The notes beneath the pieces were generated by a model. That model was given only the letters and a program-made list of their open reading frames with translations. It had not been told where the DNA came from and made no database searches. From the NCBI GenBank assembly GCA_043719475.1, contig JAYSTS010000293.1, positions 5,140 to 69,139 of the forward strand: a DNA stretch of 64,000 bases, in the 5' to 3' direction. The DNA comes from Gammaproteobacteria bacterium (lineage in GTDB: Bacteria; Pseudomonadota; Gammaproteobacteria; Pseudomonadales; Azotimanducaceae). Of the stretch, positions 49,661 to 57,641 are shown in pieces (the first letter of the stretch is position 1; each line of letters begins with the position of its first letter). The position numbers were made by a program, and so were the translations under genes.

Positions 49661-49909
49661 TCACCTGCTGCGGCTCTGGATCTGCCGGACGATGCGCTCG
49701 ATGCTGTCCATGTCTTCCAGGCCTATATCAAACGCTGAAAAAGTGACCGCCCATAGTGATTCGATGAATTCGAGAATGGACAAGAGGTCGATACTGTCGA
49801 GCAGGCCGCTTGAAAACAGCGGATCCTCGTCCGCCAACGACGAGTCCAATCCCATTTCCCGTGTGAGAAACTCGCGAATCTGCAGACTCGGTGTTTGCAA
49901 GTTTGTCAT
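49661..49909 (-). CDS. acyl/peptidyl carrier protein (DltC-like)
   Basis: 82 aa and acidic. GLLDSIDLLSILEFIE provides the phosphopantetheine-attachment serine context. Confidence 0.8.
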   Translation of the reverse strand: MTNLQTPSLQIREFLTREMGLDSSLADEDPLFSSGLLDSIDLLSILEFIESLWAVTFSAFDIGLEDMDSIERIVRQIQSRSR

Positions 49910-50985
49910 GTGCTTGATCGTCTTCCCGTTCGTTCAATGATATCGCCAATGCGATCGGCAACCAGCACGGAGATCTTGGCGCGGCCAGATTCGAGCAGAT
50001 GCAGCGGATCCGCAAAATCTTCAGCGAGAAGCCCATCAACGTCGCGCAAGTCGATAACCTCGGTCAGTTCGGAGAGACGCTTCATCGCACCGCGTTCAAT
50101 CACGTCAAGCTGATGAGCAGTTATCGCCATCGTCTCCGTTGGGTCTCGTGGGAACATCATCAAGACAGGATGGAACCCGCGTGTAACCGACCGTTCGATG
50201 AAGCGGGCGTAAACTGCTTCCGCAAGTTGATGATTCTGTTGGACGAGTGGGCGCAACTCAGCGTGTGCAATGGCAACACTCGCCTGCTTTTCCGATTCCA
50301 GCTGTCTGGATTCAACAGAATAGAAATTTCTCTGCGCGATCATCGGTCGCAAGCACACCTCTCGCTCCGCCTGGGCAAGGAGGTTTAGCCAATCGCAATC
50401 GCGTTGATCGAGGTAGTTGGCAATGACCGCAGAGTTCCGGATTAGCGACGGCGTCAAGGCGACCTCCAAACGGGTGCCAAGTGATGCGCTATCGAGTACG
50501 GAAGTCCAGTCCAGGTGTGCTATCCGTGGTCTTCGAACAAGCGCGTCCAGATCCCGACCAGACTCGACAAGATTCTGCCAACTCAGCTGCAACGCAACGA
50601 CTGTCCCGTGGGGAGCATCCAATGTGTCAATAATCGCCACGGCTTCGATAGGAGAAAAACTGCTGTAAGCGAGGTTTCGGACATCGACCGGGGCGGCAAC
50701 AGCGGTTTGCAGCAACTCAGCCAGATGCAAATCGTCGGGGACACCTTCTCGCGTGACCGAGCCACCGAGCAAGACCAATGCTTGACCAGACGGATGAAAG
50801 CGATGCAGCACGAATTCGACGTAGGACGCATCATCCACATATCGACGTGGCAGGTCCCACTGAGCAACGTACGTGTTGAGAACGGACCCGAAATAGTCGA
50901 GCAGTAGCAGCGTCGTGATCAGTCCGAGCAGCGGAGGAAGCGTGCCCGATGCAACTTCAACCACACTTTTTTTCTCACGCATCAA
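49906..50985 (-). CDS. membrane-anchored hypothetical protein, putative DltD/SGNH-like acyltransferase
   Basis: N-terminal TM helix (LPPLLGLITTLLLLDYF). LVLLGGSVTREG is a possible block-I Ser and C-terminal DPLHLLESG is a possible DxxH block V. 4-nt overlap with the ACP gene. The assignment rests on context and weak motifs. Confidence 0.4.
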   Translation of the reverse strand: MMREKKSVVEVASGTLPPLLGLITTLLLLDYFGSVLNTYVAQWDLPRRYVDDASYVEFVLHRFHPSGQALVLLGGSVTREGVPDDLHLAELLQTAVAAPVDVRNLAYSSFSPIEAVAIIDTLDAPHGTVVALQLSWQNLVESGRDLDALVRRPRIAHLDWTSVLDSASLGTRLEVALTPSLIRNSAVIANYLDQRDCDWLNLLAQAEREVCLRPMIAQRNFYSVESRQLESEKQASVAIAHAELRPLVQQNHQLAEAVYARFIERSVTRGFHPVLMMFPRDPTETMAITAHQLDVIERGAMKRLSELTEVIDLRDVDGLLAEDFADPLHLLESGRAKISVLVADRIGDIIERTGRRSST

Positions 50986-51115
50986 AACCCGGCGTAACGG
51001 AAAGCCTCAACGGATACGTTGAGTATCAAAGCAAAGGAAACTGCTAGAAATCCGGCAGTCCAGATAAGGTATTGCGCGACACCTCGCAGAAGCAATCCTA
51101 CTCGTGCCATTGCTG

Positions 51116-52564
51116 TCAACTTCCCGCCTGCGCGGCCTGCACACGTCGACGCTTCTCTTCAGTAGAGATCTCATAACCAACCGGAACGTACTCCCGACCT
51201 GCAGCCAGTAGGCCTTGCTCTGCATTACGAGCTGCTCGAATGCGCTTCGCCTGGTCGATAAAATTCTGGCCTTGGCCGACCAGCGAGCTCCAGTTCAGAA
51301 CTTCACCTTGGTGTTCGAACCCGAGTAGAGGTCGGTGCAGGATCGTGTGATGCCGAACCATGGATGTAAGCATCCGGAGATGCAGATTCTGGCTCGCCTC
51401 GATTTCAGAAAACACCAATGGCGCCGTCAGCAGATCGCCGATTGCATAGTCATCACGTCGCAGGTAACGGGTACGCTCGATGAATCGCTGATACACGGAT
51501 TCCAGTTTTTGCTTGTTGCGCGGACTGTATGCTGCCAGCAAAACTGCATCCGGTTTAATCAAAGCGCCATGTTCCCTCGCGAACAAGTCTCGTCGACTGG
51601 TGACGATGCAACGATACTCTTCGGTCGGACCCGTCCTCACCGGGCAGATGTCGCACGCGATACAACGATGCACGTCCTCTCGCGTGAAGTCACTGAGCTG
51701 AATCGTAAGTCCGGGTTGTTCCAGCTGTTCAACGAATCGATTCGCCAACATGAAACCCCGGCGATCTTCGGAGTCCTGCAACAACCAGATTGCAACATGA
51801 GCATGTGCTGGGCCAGTCTTTTTTCCTGCCTCTAGTCCTTTTACGACTCGTGCCACCCGGCGTCCTGTATCTATGGAAGTTTCCAGACCATAGTTGTCAC
51901 GGGCAGCCGTACCAACATCTCCGGCCACAACCGTTCCGCCGTATTGCGATGTTGATCCCGCATCATTGCCAACACCGAGCATGCCAAGATTGATCATGTC
52001 CAGCAGTTGGTAAATCAATGTTGTTTCCTGGCCGCCATTGCGTTTCGCTCCTACGGCCAAACCACCAAAGACGCGGCCTCTGAGATGGGCCTGCAACTCG
52101 GGGTCACCATATAAAAAGTGGACAAACTCCTGTGCGACCGAGCTACGATCCCCAAAATAGACCGGTCCGGAAAGGACGAGGCCATCGGCCTCCATCAACA
52201 AACTCCGCAATTCACCCAGATTTCTCGGCTCTCCCGTCTCCGGAAAGTGATCTGACAGATTGACGCAGGCGATCTCTACTTTTTCCTGCAAAGCTCCCCA
52301 TAACGCTGCAGCCAGCGCAACTTCGCAATTACTCAGCCCGCGAAGGCCGGTCGACCTTCGTAGGTCGCGATACATCTCGTCAAAAGTGACTCCCTTCGCC
52401 CTTGCTGCGTTGAATGCTTCGAGCAGTGCTCCGGACTCAGTCTCGAGGAAAGCCTTCAATGAATTCAGGTCAGAACATCGAGCGAGCTCAACAGATAAAT
52501 CGCGCAGACCGATCCCATGTCGTGATCCTCGAAGACTGGCGGACAGTCCGACAATGAGTGGCAT
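51116..52564 (-). CDS. tandem flavodoxin-fold (NADPH-dependent FMN reductase / iron-sulfur flavoprotein-like) protein
   Basis: The first half has PLIVGLSASLRGS and ADGLVLSGPVYFGDRSS. The second half has a second flavodoxin-like unit with the cysteine cluster CIACDICP-x10-C (codons at 51608-51664). The start was trimmed to MPLIVG. Confidence 0.55.
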   Translation of the reverse strand: MPLIVGLSASLRGSRHGIGLRDLSVELARCSDLNSLKAFLETESGALLEAFNAARAKGVTFDEMYRDLRRSTGLRGLSNCEVALAAALWGALQEKVEIACVNLSDHFPETGEPRNLGELRSLLMEADGLVLSGPVYFGDRSSVAQEFVHFLYGDPELQAHLRGRVFGGLAVGAKRNGGQETTLIYQLLDMINLGMLGVGNDAGSTSQYGGTVVAGDVGTAARDNYGLETSIDTGRRVARVVKGLEAGKKTGPAHAHVAIWLLQDSEDRRGFMLANRFVEQLEQPGLTIQLSDFTREDVHRCIACDICPVRTGPTEEYRCIVTSRRDLFAREHGALIKPDAVLLAAYSPRNKQKLESVYQRFIERTRYLRRDDYAIGDLLTAPLVFSEIEASQNLHLRMLTSMVRHHTILHRPLLGFEHQGEVLNWSSLVGQGQNFIDQAKRIRAARNAEQGLLAAGREYVPVGYEISTEEKRRRVQAAQAGS

Positions 52565-52876
52565 AGTCTGTATTCCGTAACCGGTGTTCCTCATTATAGG
52601 CAGGGAGCACACAAGCTAGCCAGAATCTGTGGTCTGGCAGCGACGACAAAGGCCAATCAGGGGAGTCCAACGCGAACGAAGCCACACTCCATCGCTCGAT
52701 GTCGGGAAAATGGCGGCGCGCCTCCAGCCCAATCGGCAAGTTCTATAGGTCCCGACATTTCCCAATGCGTTCGTCACGAAAGCAGCCCACTCGACCAGCA
52801 AGACACAGCTCATCCGGGAAATCTGTACAGTATGCTTGCAGCCATCAAGAGCACAGGACGTGAATCTCCAGAGAAT

Positions 52877-54022
52877 ATGTCTGATCAATCCTCACAAATC
52901 TGCCTCCGATGCATCATGGATACCTCCGACCCGCAAATCGCGTTCGATGAAGAGGGAGTCTGTAACCATTGTCGCTTCTTCGATACTGAGCTCTCAAAGA
53001 CTTGGCATCCGAACCAGCAGGGAAGAGAAGAACTCAACTCGCTCGTCGAACGAATCAAGTCAGAAAATCGCGGCCGACCGTACGATTGCGTCATCGGACT
53101 GAGCGGCGGCATAGACAGTTCCTACCTGGCCTACGTGGCGCGCCGTGAACTCGGACTGCGTCTCCTGGCCATACACGTTGATGGAGGGTGGAATTCAGAG
53201 CTGGCCGTCAGGAATATTGAAGGCATCGTCACTCGACTGGGTATCGACCTCCATACACAGGTCGTTGATTGGGAGGAAATGCGCGATCTGCAACGTGCAT
53301 TTCTGCGCGCTGGTCTGGCCAACCAGGACGTACCGCAGGATCATGCCTTCATCTCCGGTCTCTATTCACAGGCGGTACAGCACGGAATCCGCCACGTGCT
53401 GAGTGGGGGCAACGTTGCCACGGAGTCGATCCTACCTGGCGAGTGGGCCTATAACGCCATGGATTTGCGGCATCTGCGTGCTATCCACAAGCGTTTTGGA
53501 GAAGCCCCTTTGCGCACATTTCCGACGGTGAACTTTTTTCAGTACTACTTCTGGTATCCGGTCGTTAAACGCATGACGGTATTGCGCCCCCTCAATTTCC
53601 TGCCGTATGTCCGGGACGATGCGATCCGAACGCTCGAGCGGGAAACAGGATTCACTTACTACGGCGGAAAACACTTCGAATCACGGTTCACAAAATGGCA
53701 GCAGCTTTATTATCGACCGTACAAATTTGGCTACGACGAGCGGCGGGCATATTTATCGAGCCTGATACTCTCTGGCCAGATGGACCGGCAAACGGCACTC
53801 GATGCTATCGCCGAACCCGGTTACTCCGACGCACAGTTACGCGAAGACAGCGATTTCGTTTGTAACAAGTTGGGGTTTTCGAGCGAGGAATTCACGCAAA
53901 TCCTCAACCTTCCACCAAGGACATTTCGTGACTACCCCTCCAATCACCATCTGTTCAGCTTCAAGGACAAGCTCAAGTCGCGGCTTGGTGAGTTCGGTGT
54001 CACGTTTCGGAGAAGGTCTTGA
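52877..54022 (+). CDS. N-acetyl sugar amidotransferase (WbpG/WbuX type), paralog 2
   Basis: CLRCIMDTSDPQIAFDEEGVCNHC, PP-loop SGGIDS and HVDGGWNSELA. Roughly half the residues are identical to paralog 1 by eye. Confidence 0.85.
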   Translation: MSDQSSQICLRCIMDTSDPQIAFDEEGVCNHCRFFDTELSKTWHPNQQGREELNSLVERIKSENRGRPYDCVIGLSGGIDSSYLAYVARRELGLRLLAIHVDGGWNSELAVRNIEGIVTRLGIDLHTQVVDWEEMRDLQRAFLRAGLANQDVPQDHAFISGLYSQAVQHGIRHVLSGGNVATESILPGEWAYNAMDLRHLRAIHKRFGEAPLRTFPTVNFFQYYFWYPVVKRMTVLRPLNFLPYVRDDAIRTLERETGFTYYGGKHFESRFTKWQQLYYRPYKFGYDERRAYLSSLILSGQMDRQTALDAIAEPGYSDAQLREDSDFVCNKLGFSSEEFTQILNLPPRTFRDYPSNHHLFSFKDKLKSRLGEFGVTFRRRS

Positions 54023-54092
54023 TTGCTTGCGAAGTGAATACCAACAAGCCGACTAAGTCGCTTTCCTCTCAAGCTGATGATAACCAGTCATC

Positions 54093-55922
54093 ATGTGCGG
54101 GATAGCAGGTTACATCGCCCGTCGAGGGCGAGCAGTGGATCGGGAACGGCTGACAGCGATGTGTGCTGCGGTAAGTCATCGTGGGCCAGATGGCACGGGA
54201 CTGACGATCACCGGAAGTGTCGGGCTGGGACACCGACGCCTCTCAATCTTTGATCTCTCGGCCGACGGGGCGCAGCCAATGCTCGATCCACAGTCGGGTC
54301 GCAGCATCATCTTCAATGGGGCCATTTACAATTACCTGGAATTGCGTGCGGACCTCGCCAACAGGGGGCGACGCTTTTACACCGGCACCGATACCGAGGT
54401 CATTCTCGCGGCTTACGACACGTGGGGTTCAGACTGTGTGAACCACTTCAATGGCATGTGGGCATTCGCGATCCACGACCCGCAGGCAGGCATCGTGTTC
54501 TGCTCCCGCGATCGCTTTGGCATCAAACCGTTTTACTATGTCGAGACCACCGATTGTCTTGCTTTCGGTTCAGAAATTCGTCAGTTGTTACCACTGTTGC
54601 CTGCTGTCCGTGTGTGCCATGAGGTATTGATCGATTTCGTTTTTTCCGATCGCTGCGAACACCGGGAAGACACGTTTTTCGACTCCGTCCGCAAGCTGCC
54701 AGCGGGTTGCAATCTGACCTATCGGCTGGATCAGGACCGTCATTTCCAGGAACGGTACTATCGTCTTGAACGACGAACGGATCTCGAGAAGATCTCCCTC
54801 GACGATGCCATCGCTTTGTACAAAGACGGATTGGAAGACGCTGTGCGCTTGCGTCTGCGCTCAGATGCGCCGCTTGGGACTTGCCTCAGCGGTGGTCTGG
54901 ACAGTTCCAGTGTCGCTAGCCTGGCAGCAACTCTCTACCATCAGCCCGATGGAATGGCGTTCGCCGCTGTCACAGCGGTGAGCGAAGACCCGGACAATGA
55001 CGAATCGGCTTATGCTCGCTCGGTAGCCATTAATGCTGGTCTGCATTGGCTAACGACAAAGCCAGACTACGCAGCATTCGAGTCGTCCATCGAAGCAGTC
55101 GTTGAAGCCCAGGAAGAGCCCTTCGCCGGTCCTTCGATTTGTATGCAGTACTTTGTCATGCGCACCGCACGCGAGTCTGGACTGAAGGTATTGCTTGATG
55201 GGCAGGGCGGTGACGAAACGCTATTGGGTTACGAACGCTATTTCGCCGCCCACTATCTCGCTATACGACGCCGTCACGGATGGCGGGCAATGATGAGCAG
55301 CATGCGTTCAAGTGCCAGACACAACGCTCGCATGTCGCCTCGAATAATTGCGGGATACCTCGCTTATTTTTCTTCGCCCCAAGCGCGCTATTGGCAATAC
55401 AAGCGACGCCATCACTACCTGACACAATCACCCGCCATCCCTGATCATCTGATCCGTTACGCAGAGGCCAGTCGTGACGAGTTTGAGCTGCAACGACTGG
55501 AAATCGAAACTACCAATCTGCCGGCTTTGTTGCGCTACGAAGACAAAAACGCCATGTGGCATGGGGTTGAAACGCGCCTGCCTTTTCTCGACTACCGTCT
55601 GGTCGAAACCGCACTGGCGTTACCTGGCGAGTACAAGGTAAGGGAGGGTTGGACCAAATACGTGCTGCGCAGAGGAATGTCCGGGATATTGCCGGACCAC
55701 ATCGCCTGGCGACGCGACAAGCGCGGTTTTGAAGCGCCAGAATCTATTTGGCTGGCTCGTCACTCGAATCAAATGGAAAATATGGTCAGAAATTCAAGGG
55801 TTCTGGCGTCTGTGTGCGACACCAGTCGATTACATTCCGCGTACAGCTCACTCGATCCAGGCACACGGTGGCGCCTCTACAGCGTCGCTTTATGGGAGGA
55901 GTGCTTCAGCGTCTCTGCGTGA
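54093..55922 (+). CDS. asparagine synthase (glutamine-hydrolysing) family amidotransferase
   Basis: MCGIAGY Ntn glutaminase start and the PP-loop CLSGGLDSS. 609 aa. This is the WbpS-like class seen in O-antigen loci. Confidence 0.9.
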   Translation: MCGIAGYIARRGRAVDRERLTAMCAAVSHRGPDGTGLTITGSVGLGHRRLSIFDLSADGAQPMLDPQSGRSIIFNGAIYNYLELRADLANRGRRFYTGTDTEVILAAYDTWGSDCVNHFNGMWAFAIHDPQAGIVFCSRDRFGIKPFYYVETTDCLAFGSEIRQLLPLLPAVRVCHEVLIDFVFSDRCEHREDTFFDSVRKLPAGCNLTYRLDQDRHFQERYYRLERRTDLEKISLDDAIALYKDGLEDAVRLRLRSDAPLGTCLSGGLDSSSVASLAATLYHQPDGMAFAAVTAVSEDPDNDESAYARSVAINAGLHWLTTKPDYAAFESSIEAVVEAQEEPFAGPSICMQYFVMRTARESGLKVLLDGQGGDETLLGYERYFAAHYLAIRRRHGWRAMMSSMRSSARHNARMSPRIIAGYLAYFSSPQARYWQYKRRHHYLTQSPAIPDHLIRYAEASRDEFELQRLEIETTNLPALLRYEDKNAMWHGVETRLPFLDYRLVETALALPGEYKVREGWTKYVLRRGMSGILPDHIAWRRDKRGFEAPESIWLARHSNQMENMVRNSRVLASVCDTSRLHSAYSSLDPGTRWRLYSVALWEECFSVSA

Positions 55923-56313
55923 AATCATCATCCATGCAAGTCGGTCGTTCGTCGCCATAGCTCTTTCCGGTAATTCTGATCAATTCACTCGTGCGAATTG
56001 ATCCGACCTTCCTTAGGCCAGAATCATCACGGCAATTTCGTGTTTGATGATGGGTCCGTTACACTGCACCGCAGAGGTTGTAGCTTGGGGTGCTGGATCG
56101 TTCTGCTCCCTAGTCAAAGTAGGCAACCCTCACTTTTTCTTAGATCGAAGTGTGAGATCAAGCCGTGCCCAAATACACGCGGCAAGTGTCGGCATGCATG
56201 CGGTTAAAACAGGAATACTCAAGCGGCTGTTAGCCCGTTTACTCGGCTCTGTCTCTATATCCAGCTAGCAGAAAACCAGCCGCTGAATCCCCGCTGACAC
56301 TCGGAGCACCCTC

Positions 56314-56420
56314 ATGACCAAGTCGATGTCGCGGGTGATGCACATCACCACGGTGCACACTCGCGACGACATCCGCATCTTCCGGAAGGAATGTGTGTCG
56401 CTGGCGCGTTCTGGTTCCGG
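56314..56420 (+). pseudogene. 5' stub of a GT4-type glycosyltransferase
   Basis: VMHITTVHTRDDIRIFRKECVSLARSG matches the conserved N-terminus of a GT4 subfamily. Similarity is lost after ~35 codons, and the ORF stops at codon 61. Confidence 0.45.
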
Positions 56421-56661
56421 CAGATCGCCGAGCACAGGTCACCGCTCAGTCGACGCATCGTTCCCGCTTCGGGCAATCCCCGTAAGCACAAATCCATAAC
56501 CTCACCGGATGTTTCGCCAAACAAAAAAACCAACGGCGCTCATCGCTGCTCTGACGCCTGCCGCCACACTCAGATCGAGCCCGGAAAACACACGGAAGCA
56601 TTACGGAACGACCATTCGCGCTACAGTGAGATGACCCAGACGTTGACGACAGGAGCAGAGG

Positions 56662-57120
56662 ATGAAGCCGAGATGGTCCTTACTTGTTGGAGCAGCGGTA
56701 ATGGCGGGTGTCGGGGTTTTTCTGTTCAGTTTCATGACAAGCGATCAGGGACATCGCATCCGTTCCGGAGACTCGCCGAAAGAAGCCATACATCCAGAGG
56801 AGCCGATACAGCATTCGCACCCACCGGTGAGAGAAGAAATGTCGATCGTTCCTGGCATCACAGACCATCCGCAGAGTGATGCTGGTGACGGCGGAACAAC
56901 TGCAGACGCAACCGGCTTGTTCGTCGAGAACAGGACGCCGTTCAATGTTGGCGCGACGTCGATCCACCCGGATGATGCTGATCCGGATGAAGCCGATTCG
57001 GAAGTTGTACACGACGTTGGCGGTCGTCTCGAAAACCCACTGCAAGAGGTGCAGGTACACAGTGGAGAACCGGTGCGCGATATCGGCCCGCACGTGGACC
57101 CGATGAATACTTCCGAATAG
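56662..57120 (+). CDS. hypothetical membrane-anchored acidic protein
   Basis: AGGAG-like RBS, an N-terminal TM helix (LLVGAAVMAGVGVFLFSF), then a D/E/P/H-rich low-complexity tail. The competing minus-strand ORFs look non-coding (R/C-rich). Confidence 0.35.
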   Translation: MKPRWSLLVGAAVMAGVGVFLFSFMTSDQGHRIRSGDSPKEAIHPEEPIQHSHPPVREEMSIVPGITDHPQSDAGDGGTTADATGLFVENRTPFNVGATSIHPDDADPDEADSEVVHDVGGRLENPLQEVQVHSGEPVRDIGPHVDPMNTSE

Positions 57121-57268
57121 ATCGATTCCGGAGCCTGAAACAAGCCCGCTCTCCGAAGTTATTGCGAAATATCCAATTACATCCACACGGTTGCCGGTTC
57201 GACTCTGTTGTGGTCTGCTGACCCAAAACGGGGTAGTGATGACAGGACGTCACAAGGAGAAGTCAATC

Positions 57269-57631
57269 ATGTCTAGCACTCTGCGCCGGGTTTTGTGCGC
57301 CTTGGCTATTTACCTGCCGATAATGTCGACAACCGCATTGGCGGATCGTGCAACGATCGTAGCGAATCCGGTACGCATACTTGTTTCAGAAAATACGTTT
57401 GGTGGCTGTATGGTGCAGCTCAGCGTTGATCCACAATCGATGCTGCCTAACTGCGGCTCGGCGTGGGTGACGATGAGCTGCGATGGAACTTTCATGCCGA
57501 AGGATGTTTCCGACCGGTTGCTCGAACAGGCACAAATGGCGTTCGCGCTTGACAAGGGACTCTCGGTCTACATAGACGACTCCCGACGACACAATGGATA
57601 TTGCCTCGCCTATCGCGTCGACATCTGGTAG
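57269..57631 (+). CDS. small secreted cysteine-containing hypothetical protein
   Basis: AAGGAG RBS 8 nt upstream, signal peptide MSSTLRRVLCALAIYLPIMSTTALA, and 4 Cys in the ~95-aa mature part. It ends 10 nt before the giant ORF opens. Confidence 0.55.
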   Translation: MSSTLRRVLCALAIYLPIMSTTALADRATIVANPVRILVSENTFGGCMVQLSVDPQSMLPNCGSAWVTMSCDGTFMPKDVSDRLLEQAQMAFALDKGLSVYIDDSRRHNGYCLAYRVDIW

Positions 57632-57641
57632 CGACGGCTGA

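Noticed and set aside
57269-57631. The idea that the small secreted protein plus the S8 protease form a SubAB-like AB5 toxin.
   Set aside because: There is no detectable sequence similarity to SubB or other B subunits from memory. The gene order is opposite to subAB, and the protease is a >2100-aa multidomain protein. The idea is kept only as a note inside the relevant finding.
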